Assembly (NCBI GenBank): GCA_963717505.1
Contig: OY970342.1
Span: forward strand, 1,888,001-1,952,000
Direction of reading: 5' to 3'
Length of the DNA: 64,000 nt
Source of the DNA: Candidatus Eiseniibacteriota bacterium
Lineage (GTDB): Bacteria > Eisenbacteria > RBG-16-71-46
Of this stretch, positions 1 through 8,602 are shown in pieces. Every line of letters begins with the position of its first letter. Positions within the stretch are counted from its first letter, which is position 1. The position numbers were made by a program, and so were the translations under genes. The notes below the pieces were generated by a model. That model did not search any database and was not told where the DNA came from. It saw only the letters and a program-made list of their open reading frames with translations.

Positions 1-1
1 C

Positions 2-3000
2 TGGACTCCGCTCGCCGGCAGCGCGTCGGCGTGGATGGGCCTGAGGCGTCACGGCGACAACACGCACGTTGACGACGTGAGCCGTGGTGGCACGGGCAAC
101 CCGTTCAACGAGGACGCGCTGGTGTTCAGCGCGCTCCTGGGCTCGGTCTCGCTCGGCGGCACCGACAAGCGCTTCCCCGGCTACGGCGACCAGATGGACC
201 AGATGCTGTACCGCGACGTGGACGTGACCGGCACGGGAACCCTGACGGTCGCCTTCTCCTACCGGACGAGGCTCGCGACCGGCGTGATCACCGCCAACAT
301 CACGCGCTCCGGCTGGTTCCAGTGGGATCCGCTGACCGTACTGACCGGCGGAACCAACCCGAACTTCATCGCCAGCACGGGCAACGAAACGCCGCCGGCA
401 GATTCGTTCATGGTCTACGTCGGCGCGCCCGCCGAGAGCGTGGTCGTGCTGTCGGACAACGATCCGCACCCGATCTACGACAAGAAGCGTCGCTGGGCGG
501 GAGAGGTGATCCGCGGCAACCAGGGCCTGTATACCCAGATCCTGAGCGTCGGGGGCACCGTGCCGCCGACCGCGTTCAGTGCCACGGTGAGCGCGGCCGA
601 GCTGGACCGCATCACGGCATCGCCGACCGCCGGAGTCTCGAACCGGGTGCGCATCGTGTTCCGGGTCAAGACCAACCAGACCTTCAGCGACGAGAGCGTG
701 AACCAAACCGGTTCGTCGTCCGAAGGCGTGGGGGCCGCGATCGTCGATGCCGTAACGATCTCCAAAGATGCCGGACCCGCATCGAGCGTCGGAGCTTTCG
801 AGACGCCGGACGAGATCGACAACTCGAGCGACTACGGGCCCTACGGGAACGTGTCACACCCGAATCATCCGCAGAACGTGTGGAAGTCGACCGGCAAGCC
901 GGTCAAGGTCTACACACACGTGCACCCGATGGCGGGGGACATCGGCCGCGGTTACATCCCGCTGGTCTACCAGGACATCTGCGGCCAGCCCGGCAACCCG
1001 GCCCGCATCTGCGACCTCGACGGCACCGTGGCCTCGGCGGGTGACCACGACAACTTCGAGTCGTCCGGTGGCGTGTTCGGCACGGCCGAGCAGGATCCCT
1101 TCGACGGCATGTACTCGCCCGCCATCAACCTGACCGGCCAGGGCTTCACGACCCGGTTGATCAATGGAGTCGTGACCTCGGTGAACAACATGGGTCTGTC
1201 GGCGGACGACGCCGACGCGACCGCGGACTACTACCTCGACTACGAGCTGTACGCCGGCCGGTTCAATATCTTCACCACCGGTTCCGCCTGGCGCGTCGGC
1301 TGTATCAGCTACCCGGGGGCCAACACTGCGACGGGCGCCGGCGAATACAAGCGCTGGGGCCAGGTCCGGTTCCCTGGGTTCATCAACTTCAACCCCGACA
1401 AGCAGTGCTTCCGAATCCTCGATGGCATCCGAACCTTTGGCATGATGCGAACCAGCAACGTCTCCGGGATCCCCGACTCGCTCCGGATCTTCGTCGGCAC
1501 GCGACAGGAGGCTTACCGTTTCGGCGTTCCGGTATCCGAGAACTTCGACGGTGGTTACTGGGACAACCTGAGCCTGGCGATCGTGGACGGGGTGGACGCG
1601 GACCCGGTGTCGGTCGACATCTGGCACTTGTACCAGGACACCTTCCCGAGGAACGAGAACGACGGACTGGTCGGCTTCACCGCCGCGTTCGACACGACGT
1701 CGGGACTCATGAAGAGCGGTCTCAACATCGCCCAGACCACCGGGAACCAGTTGCGATTCACGGTACCCGGCGACACGACGGTGGTGATCGCGGAGGGCGA
1801 CAACGTCCGCATCGACCTGGTGTTCCGCATCCTTCCGGGTCCGGGGAACCATACGAACCCGGGTGCGGCGCCGGCTGCCCAGCGCCTCAAGCGGCTGCCG
1901 ACCGCCCCCACGCCGATCACCGGGGGCGTCGTCGGCTCCGCGAACTTCTGGGAAAACTACATGGGCGACCGGGGCGCCAAGGGCGCAGGAACGCATCCGT
2001 CGCCGCGCTGGAGCCCCCAGGTCTGGCACTCGGCGCGCATGGACACTGCTGAAGTCAACATCTTCCAGCAGCAGAGCCGGATCAACGCACAGCCGGCCAA
2101 CGCCGGTCTATTCATGACCGCGTATCACGAAGACGAGATCACCACGGGCAACCGCCGCGCGCTGGCGATCGCCCGCAACCTCTGCTTCATCGCCGACACC
2201 GCGGCCGCGGTTTCGACGAACATGGTGATCTGCGGCTCGGGCGCGATGCCGGCGGGTGCTGTGTATCCGCCGGCGTGGGCGTTCGCGGCGGGCTCTGGAT
2301 TGGCGACTGCCGGTACTGGCGATCCTACGGCGTCCCCGGGCCAGGTTCAGAGCTGCCCGGGACCCGCCGGGGCCGGACTGTGTCGGACGATCGAAGGAAC
2401 CAAAATTCTGCCCGACGGTCTGTTCACGCCCGGAACGCACATCGCATACTTCTTCCGGCGCGAGGACCTGCCGCCGTCGTCGCCGAGCACGTTCCTGTGC
2501 CCGGATACCACCCAGGTGTCCCCGCAGCTCTCCGAAGGGTCAACCGACGGACACCGCTGGCAGGAGATGTCGGTGCTGCCCGACCGGTGGAAGGACAGTG
2601 ACTACGTTCATCCGGTGCTTGGCACCCCCGGCAACGGCGAAGCCTGCGTGTTGTTCGTCGACAACAACGATCGCCGCGGCAACGAAAGGGTGTGGATGGG
2701 CATGGCCGACACGCTCGGCATGAACGCAGCGGCGAAACGTGGCGCCAGTAATGGCTGGAGCGCGGCCGGGGGCGGCGCCGACGTCAACGACCCGGTCTAT
2801 TTCGTGCGCCGGCACGTCGGCCAGGCTGGGACGACCTTCGACAAATACGACATCAAAGCGTCGGAGTCCCTCGGTACCCACTCGGGCAGCCTCGGGAGCC
2901 GAATCGGGTTCTCGAACCCCGCGAACACGCAGATCGACGGCAAGCGTTCGTTCAACGGCCCGTCGCCGATCATGCTGACTACGTTCTACAAGTTGCTCGT

Positions 3001-3913
3001 GATCCTGACCGGCGACCTGAACTCGAGCATTTGGGGCCCGTTCAACAATAAGAGTGCGAACGACGCCGGGATCATGACCTCGTTCGCAACCAGTGGCGAT
3101 CCGTCGGACCCGAACCGCGGCTTCTACGTCGCCGGGAACGGCTGGAACGAAGCCGCGACCGGGCCGGCGTACACTTTCATCACCTCGATCCTGGGCACCG
3201 ACCTGATCAACGTGAGCTATCTGGCCAACTCGGGAAACACGGCCTTCCAGGCGGATGTTGTCCCCACAGCGGCATTGCCGTCCGCCACGGGCGACGTCTG
3301 GGCGGTCAACAACTCGTGCACGTTCACCCTTGACGTCCAGTGGCCGATCTTGGCTGAGGCGACCGAAGCCACGTTCTACGAGGATCCGTTCGAAAACGGC
3401 CCCCATCCGTCAGGCATCTTCAAGTCGCATACCGCGCTCAACCCGTGGATCGCTCTCTCGGACGGCTGGGACATCGAGGACTTCCTGCAACGCGACCAGC
3501 GGTTCCCGCGGCAGCCGTGCGGCTACTACTACAAGGCGTTCCAGGACGCGTTTTACTCCATCGCCGGGTGCAATATTGTCGGCCAGCCCTTTCAGTGTTT
3601 CATCGCAGTCGTGGAAGGAGAACGCCGGCTCGTGAACTTCATGCACCTGAGCAACAACCCGGTGCGTTCCGGCTACGCGACGTTCACGATCGGTCTGGCT
3701 CGAGGCGACCGAGTCAAGATCCAGTTGTTCGACGTGGCTGGGCGATTGGTTCGCACGCTGGCCGACCGCAACTTCATAGCCGGCGAGCACGCGCTCACCT
3801 GGGACGGAGTCGACAACTCCGGACGCCGCGCCGCGCGGGGCGTCTACTTCGCGAGAGTCGAGTACCAGAACCAGGGCTTCAAGGAGAACGGCAAGCTGGT
3901 GCTCTTGAAGTAG
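2..3913 (+). CDS. Large secreted protein with C-terminal FlgD-Ig/T9SS-like domain, paralog 1 (5' truncated by window edge)
   Basis: The frame is open from position 2 (WTPLAGSASAWMGLRRHG), matching the interior of paralogs 2 and 3. The C-terminus NNPVRSG...IQLFDVAGRLVRTL...WDGVDNSGRRAARGVYF...KLVLLK is typical of FlgD_ig tails. Confidence 0.85.
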   Translation, partial: WTPLAGSASAWMGLRRHGDNTHVDDVSRGGTGNPFNEDALVFSALLGSVSLGGTDKRFPGYGDQMDQMLYRDVDVTGTGTLTVAFSYRTRLATGVITANITRSGWFQWDPLTVLTGGTNPNFIASTGNETPPADSFMVYVGAPAESVVVLSDNDPHPIYDKKRRWAGEVIRGNQGLYTQILSVGGTVPPTAFSATVSAAELDRITASPTAGVSNRVRIVFRVKTNQTFSDESVNQTGSSSEGVGAAIVDAVTISKDAGPASSVGAFETPDEIDNSSDYGPYGNVSHPNHPQNVWKSTGKPVKVYTHVHPMAGDIGRGYIPLVYQDICGQPGNPARICDLDGTVASAGDHDNFESSGGVFGTAEQDPFDGMYSPAINLTGQGFTTRLINGVVTSVNNMGLSADDADATADYYLDYELYAGRFNIFTTGSAWRVGCISYPGANTATGAGEYKRWGQVRFPGFINFNPDKQCFRILDGIRTFGMMRTSNVSGIPDSLRIFVGTRQEAYRFGVPVSENFDGGYWDNLSLAIVDGVDADPVSVDIWHLYQDTFPRNENDGLVGFTAAFDTTSGLMKSGLNIAQTTGNQLRFTVPGDTTVVIAEGDNVRIDLVFRILPGPGNHTNPGAAPAAQRLKRLPTAPTPITGGVVGSANFWENYMGDRGAKGAGTHPSPRWSPQVWHSARMDTAEVNIFQQQSRINAQPANAGLFMTAYHEDEITTGNRRALAIARNLCFIADTAAAVSTNMVICGSGAMPAGAVYPPAWAFAAGSGLATAGTGDPTASPGQVQSCPGPAGAGLCRTIEGTKILPDGLFTPGTHIAYFFRREDLPPSSPSTFLCPDTTQVSPQLSEGSTDGHRWQEMSVLPDRWKDSDYVHPVLGTPGNGEACVLFVDNNDRRGNERVWMGMADTLGMNAAAKRGASNGWSAAGGGADVNDPVYFVRRHVGQAGTTFDKYDIKASESLGTHSGSLGSRIGFSNPANTQIDGKRSFNGPSPIMLTTFYKLLVILTGDLNSSIWGPFNNKSANDAGIMTSFATSGDPSDPNRGFYVAGNGWNEAATGPAYTFITSILGTDLINVSYLANSGNTAFQADVVPTAALPSATGDVWAVNNSCTFTLDVQWPILAEATEATFYEDPFENGPHPSGIFKSHTALNPWIALSDGWDIEDFLQRDQRFPRQPCGYYYKAFQDAFYSIAGCNIVGQPFQCFIAVVEGERRLVNFMHLSNNPVRSGYATFTIGLARGDRVKIQLFDVAGRLVRTLADRNFIAGEHALTWDGVDNSGRRAARGVYFARVEYQNQGFKENGKLVLLK

Positions 3914-3929
3914 CGGCGCCAGGCTCGAT

Positions 3930-3965
3930 GTCCGGTTGCGGGACCCGCGAGTCCCACAACCGGAC
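3930..3965. promoter_or_regulatory. Two tandem GTCC-N7-GGAC palindromes 21 bp apart; candidate enhancer (UAS) for a sigma54 activator. Together they also form a 16-bp inverted repeat.
   Basis: GTCC-GGTTGCG-GGAC at 3930-3944 and GTCC-CACAACC-GGAC at 3951-3965, about 80-110 bp upstream of a -24/-12-like box. Confidence 0.5.
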
Positions 3966-4041
3966 ACTCCGGGCCCGTTCGCCGAAAGCGGCCCTGGCGC
4001 CAACTCGCTGCGCGGCAACGAGTGGGCCGGATTCCCCACTC

Positions 4042-4056
4042 CGGCACGATACTTCT
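4042..4056 (+). promoter_or_regulatory. Candidate sigma54 (-24/-12) promoter
   Basis: CGGCACG-ATAC-TTCT versus consensus TGGCACG-N4-TTGC. Spacing is correct but the -12 GC is not conserved. It lies just upstream of the MFP start codon. Confidence 0.45.
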
Positions 4057-4070
4057 ATATAGGGACGGGC

Positions 4071-5312
4071 ATGGATGTCCCTCGCAAACCCCGTCCCGAC
4101 CGCCGTCCGCTCTACTACGGCGGCGCCGTGCTCACCCTGATCGCGGTCACCGTCGGCTTCAGCCGGCTCAAGCCCGCGGCCCCCTCGGTCGAGCGCGCAA
4201 CGCTGTGGACCGATGTGGTCCAGCGCGGCCCGATGCTGCGCCAGGTGCGCGGCTCGGGGACCCTGGTTCCCGAGCAGATGCGCTGGATCCCGGCGGTGAC
4301 CGCCGGTCGGATCGAGCGCATCTTCGTTCGTCCCGGCACACGCGTGGAGTCGAGCACCGTGTTGCTCGAGCTGAGCAACCCGGACGTCCAGCTCGAAGCT
4401 CTCGACGCCGACCGCCAGCTCTCGCTCGCCGAGCAGGGGCTCGCGAGCCTCGAGTCCTCGCTGACCACCGGGGTCATCGCCCAGGAGGGTGCCGTGGCCA
4501 CCGCGCACAGCGAGCACAGTGAGGCCAAGCGCGCGGCCGCCGGCGCCGAGCGGCTGAACCAGGAAGGGCTGATCTCTTCCAACGAACTGGAGCGCGCCCG
4601 CGACCGCGTGACCGAAATGGCCACCCGGTACGAAGGCGAGACCAAGCGTCTCGAAGTGATGCGCAACAGTTCGCACACGCAGCTCGATCTCCAGCGCGCG
4701 CAGGTCGAGCGCCTGCGCGCGATCGCGCGCTTTCACCAGGGTCGCGTGGCTTCGATGAAGGTCCTCGCGGGTGCGGCCGGGATGTTGCAGGAGATGAATC
4801 TGGAAGAAGGGCAGTGGGTGAATCCCGGCCAGTTGCTCGGCAAGGTCGCGCAGCCCGAACGGCTGAAGGCGGTGTTGCGCGTACCCGAGACCCAGGCCAA
4901 GGACGTACAGATCGGCCAGTCGGTCGAGGTCGACACGCGCAACGGCAAGGTGAGCGGCGTCGTCTCACGCATCGATCCCTCGGTCCAGGAGGGGACGGTG
5001 TCGGTCGACGTCTCGCTCCAGGGCGAGTTACCGGCCGGCGCGCGGCCCGATCTGAGTATCGACGGAACGATCGAGATCGAGCGGCTGGGCAGCGTCCTCC
5101 ACGTCGGGCGTCCGGCCATGGGTTCGAGCGGAACCACAGTCGGACTCTTCCGGCTCGAGCCGGGCGGACGCGAAGCGGTGCGGGTCCCAGTGCGTCTCGG
5201 CCGCACGTCGGTCAACCACGTCGAGATCGTCGATGGTCTCGACGTCGGCCAGGAAGTGATTCTTTCCGACATGTCCCGCTGGGACAACGTCGATCGCGTT
5301 CGCATCCGATGA
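4071..5312 (+). CDS. Efflux periplasmic adaptor / HlyD-family membrane fusion protein (MacA-like)
   Basis: N-terminal TM, then VRGSGTLVP, a lipoyl half-motif GRIERIFVRPG, a coiled coil, a beta-barrel and C-terminal VEIVDGLDVGQEVILSD. Confidence 0.9.
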   Translation: MDVPRKPRPDRRPLYYGGAVLTLIAVTVGFSRLKPAAPSVERATLWTDVVQRGPMLRQVRGSGTLVPEQMRWIPAVTAGRIERIFVRPGTRVESSTVLLELSNPDVQLEALDADRQLSLAEQGLASLESSLTTGVIAQEGAVATAHSEHSEAKRAAAGAERLNQEGLISSNELERARDRVTEMATRYEGETKRLEVMRNSSHTQLDLQRAQVERLRAIARFHQGRVASMKVLAGAAGMLQEMNLEEGQWVNPGQLLGKVAQPERLKAVLRVPETQAKDVQIGQSVEVDTRNGKVSGVVSRIDPSVQEGTVSVDVSLQGELPAGARPDLSIDGTIEIERLGSVLHVGRPAMGSSGTTVGLFRLEPGGREAVRVPVRLGRTSVNHVEIVDGLDVGQEVILSDMSRWDNVDRVRIR

Positions 5313-5365
5313 TGCGGACTCACGAGAACCAGGCCGGTCCGACCGGCGGAGGAAAGGAGCAACGC

Positions 5366-6154
5366 ATGATCGAAGCACCGATGCTCACGTCGCGGACCGG
5401 CGGCAACGGCGGCAGCACCACGATGTCGCCGGCCAAAGGTGCGGCCCCGGTACGGTCGAACCACGGCGAAGTCCTGCTCAAGCTGGACAACGTCGCCAAG
5501 GTCTTCTACACCGACGAAGTCGAGACCCACGCCCTGTCCGAGGTTCATCTCGAGATTCGCAAGGGCGAGTACGTCTCGATCGCTGGTCCGTCCGGCTGCG
5601 GCAAGTCCACGCTGCTCTCGATCCTCGGCCTGCTCGACTCGCCGACCGACGGGCGCTATCAGCTCAAGGACCGGCCGGTCGAGAGCCTGAAGCTGTCGGA
5701 ACGCGCGCGCATCCGGAATCGGGAGATCGGATTCATCTTCCAGAGCTTCAACCTGATCGGCGACCTGTCGGTCTACGAGAACGTGGAGCTGCCGCTGACC
5801 TATCGCGGCATGGCCGCCGTCGAGCGCAAGCGCCGGGTGAACGACGCGCTCGAGCGCGTGGGCATGGCGCACCGCACCAAGCACCTGCCGAGCCAGCTCT
5901 CGGGCGGCCAGCAGCAGCGCGTCGCCGTGGCGCGGGCGCTGGTCGGCGACCCGGCGATCCTGCTCGCCGACGAGCCGACCGGGAATCTCGACTCGCGAAA
6001 CGGCGAAGCGGTGATGGACCTGTTGCGCGAGCTGCATCGCGCCGGCGCGACGTTGTGCATGGTGACGCACGATCCGCGGTTCTCGCGTCATGCCGATCGC
6101 ACCATCCAGTTGTTCGACGGACGCATCGTGGAGGATCGCGCCGAGGTTCGCTAG
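5366..6154 (+). CDS. ABC transporter ATP-binding protein (LolD/MacB-type)
   Basis: Walker A GPSGCGKS, signature LSGGQQQR, Walker [23 protein letters not shown] precedes ATG 5366. Confidence 0.93.
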   Translation: MIEAPMLTSRTGGNGGSTTMSPAKGAAPVRSNHGEVLLKLDNVAKVFYTDEVETHALSEVHLEIRKGEYVSIAGPSGCGKSTLLSILGLLDSPTDGRYQLKDRPVESLKLSERARIRNREIGFIFQSFNLIGDLSVYENVELPLTYRGMAAVERKRRVNDALERVGMAHRTKHLPSQLSGGQQQRVAVARALVGDPAILLADEPTGNLDSRNGEAVMDLLRELHRAGATLCMVTHDPRFSRHADRTIQLFDGRIVEDRAEVR

Positions 6155-6179
6155 GACCTGGGCGCACGGAGGGCCGAAC

Positions 6180-8600
6180 GTGGACACGCTGTTCCAGGAT
6201 GTTCGCTACGCGTTGCGCTCGCTACGACGCACGCCGATGGTCACGATCCTCGCGGTGCTGTGCCTCGCGATCGGAATCGGAGTCAACACCACCATCTTCA
6301 GCGTGGTCGATGCCGCGTTCCTGAGCCCGTTCGGGTTCGACGAGCAGGACCGGCTGGTGGTGGTCAACGACCGCAGAATCAAGGGGGACGAGGACGACGG
6401 CGCCGGAGTCTCCTACGCAAACCTGAAAGACCTGGACGGCGCGGTGTCGTCGCTGGCCGGGATGGCGGCGGTCACCGACCGCAGCCTGACTCTGTCCGAC
6501 GGTGACGAGCCGCAGCGGTACCAGGGCGCGACCGTGACTTGGGACCTGTTTTCGCTGCTGGGCGTGGACCCCTCGCTCGGCCGCCACTTCCGTGAGGACG
6601 AGGATCAGGCCGGAGCCGCCGGGACGGTCATGCTCGGCGACAAGCTCTGGCGCGAGCGCTACCAGTCCGACCCGAAGATCGTCGGCAAAGCGATTCCAGT
6701 GAACGGCAAGCTGCACACGGTGATCGGCGTCATGCCGCCGCGCTTCGCATTCCCGCGCCGGCACGAGCTATGGATTCCGGTGGCGCCGATCGAGGCGGCG
6801 AACCCGCGCTCTAATCGCAACCTCGAGGTCTATGCCCGGCTGGCGCCGGGCGTCACGCTCGACCGCGCGCGCAACGAGATCGAGGCCGCGTCGTCGCGAC
6901 TCGCCGAGGTCTACCCGGCCGAGAACCAGGGCTGGGTCACCCGCCTGCGCCCGCTGCGGGAGGCACTGTTTCCGAAGGAGGACCGTCTGTCGATCCTGGC
7001 GATGATGGCGGCGGTCACCTGCGTGCTGCTGATCGCCTGCGCCAACGTCGCCAACCTGATGCTCACCCGCGCGACCGCGCGCGCCCGCGAGATCGCGATC
7101 CGCTCGGCGATCGGCGCCGGTCGCGGCCGGATCGTCCGCCAGCTGCTCACCGAGAGCGTGGTGATCGCGCTCGCGGCCGGGGCACTCGGCAGCCTGATCG
7201 CGGTCTGGGGACTCGACCTGATCGACGCCGCGATCTCGCCTGAGAATCGTCCCCCTTACTACTTCCAGTGGAAGATCGACCAGACCGCGCTGCTCTACAC
7301 CTTGGTGATCTCGATCGCGACCGGGATCCTGTTCGGACTCGCCCCCGCGATTCAGGCGTCGAAGGAGAACCTGACCAACGCGCTCAAGGACGGCGCGCGC
7401 GGCGCGCTGGCCGGGGGTCGCAATCGGCTGCGCAAGGGGCTGGTGATCGCCGAAGTCGCTCTGGCCCTGGTGTTGCTGGTTTCGGCGGCGCTGTTCGTCC
7501 GCAGCTTCACGACGCTCCAGGACCGGGAAGTCGGCTTCGATCCGTCGCGACTGATGACGCTGCGCATCTACCTGCCCGGCGAAGCCTACGTGCCGGACGA
7601 AGCCAAGCGGCTGCGGCTCGAGGACCTGGTGCGCCGCATCGAAGCGCTGCCGGGGGTCGAAGCCGCGGTCGCATCGAACACGATCGTGATGTCGGGGGGC
7701 GGTGGCGAGGACGGACTGATCATCGAAGGCCGCGACGTGGTTCGGGGCGAGGAGCCGCTGGCGTACTACACCGGCGTCACCGCGCACTGGCACCGGACGC
7801 TTGACGTGCCGATCGTGCGCGGCCGCGATCTGACCGAGTCCGAGGCGCAGACACGCTCGGGTGTGGCGGTGGTCACCGAGTCGTTCGGGCGCCGGCACTG
7901 GCCGGACCAGGATGCGATCGGCCGGCGCTTCGCGTTCGCCAACGAGGCCGAGCGGCAGTGGATCACGGTGGTCGGTATCGCACGTGACTACCACGTGAGC
8001 GGAGTCGACGACCGTGATGTCGTCCCGTTCATGGTGGTCGGCTATCCCTATGTGCCCACGCTCAACAACGGGATCACCGTTCGTGCCAAGTCCGGCGACC
8101 CGGCGCGCCTGATGCCCGCGATCCGCGGCGCGATCCGGGCCTCGGACGCGAGCCTTCCGGTGTTCGCGGTCAACACCATGGACGAGGTCCGCCGCGCCAG
8201 CTTCTGGGAGTACGGACTGTTCGGCTCGATGTTCACCATCTTCGGCGGCATCGCGCTATTGCTCGCGACGATCGGGGTCTACGGGGTCATCGCCTACGGC
8301 GTCAGCCAGCGGACCCACGAGATCGGCGTGCGCATGGCGCTCGGCGCTCATGAGCGCGACGTGCTCGGCATGGTGATGGGTCAGGGGTTGACGCTCGCCG
8401 GAATCGGCATCGGCATCGGGCTGGTCGCAGCCCTCGGCGCCGGCCGAGTGATCGCGAGCATCCTGTTCACCAGCCCGAGCGACCCGGTGAGCTTCGTCGG
8501 CATCGCCGTGCTGCTGACCGCGACCGTGGCGCTGGCGAGCTGGGTGCCGGCACGCCGCGCCGCCCGCGTCGATCCCATGGTCGCGCTTCGGCAGGACTAG
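6180..8600 (+). CDS. ABC permease 1, duplicated MacB/FtsX domains (ADOP-like)
   Basis: About 800 aa. LLIACANVANL, REIAIRSAIGAGRGRIVRQLLTES, C-terminal PARRAARVDPMVALR. GTG start after GGAGG. Confidence 0.9.
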   Translation: MDTLFQDVRYALRSLRRTPMVTILAVLCLAIGIGVNTTIFSVVDAAFLSPFGFDEQDRLVVVNDRRIKGDEDDGAGVSYANLKDLDGAVSSLAGMAAVTDRSLTLSDGDEPQRYQGATVTWDLFSLLGVDPSLGRHFREDEDQAGAAGTVMLGDKLWRERYQSDPKIVGKAIPVNGKLHTVIGVMPPRFAFPRRHELWIPVAPIEAANPRSNRNLEVYARLAPGVTLDRARNEIEAASSRLAEVYPAENQGWVTRLRPLREALFPKEDRLSILAMMAAVTCVLLIACANVANLMLTRATARAREIAIRSAIGAGRGRIVRQLLTESVVIALAAGALGSLIAVWGLDLIDAAISPENRPPYYFQWKIDQTALLYTLVISIATGILFGLAPAIQASKENLTNALKDGARGALAGGRNRLRKGLVIAEVALALVLLVSAALFVRSFTTLQDREVGFDPSRLMTLRIYLPGEAYVPDEAKRLRLEDLVRRIEALPGVEAAVASNTIVMSGGGGEDGLIIEGRDVVRGEEPLAYYTGVTAHWHRTLDVPIVRGRDLTESEAQTRSGVAVVTESFGRRHWPDQDAIGRRFAFANEAERQWITVVGIARDYHVSGVDDRDVVPFMVVGYPYVPTLNNGITVRAKSGDPARLMPAIRGAIRASDASLPVFAVNTMDEVRRASFWEYGLFGSMFTIFGGIALLLATIGVYGVIAYGVSQRTHEIGVRMALGAHERDVLGMVMGQGLTLAGIGIGIGLVAALGAGRVIASILFTSPSDPVSFVGIAVLLTATVALASWVPARRAARVDPMVALRQD

Positions 8601-8602
8601 TC

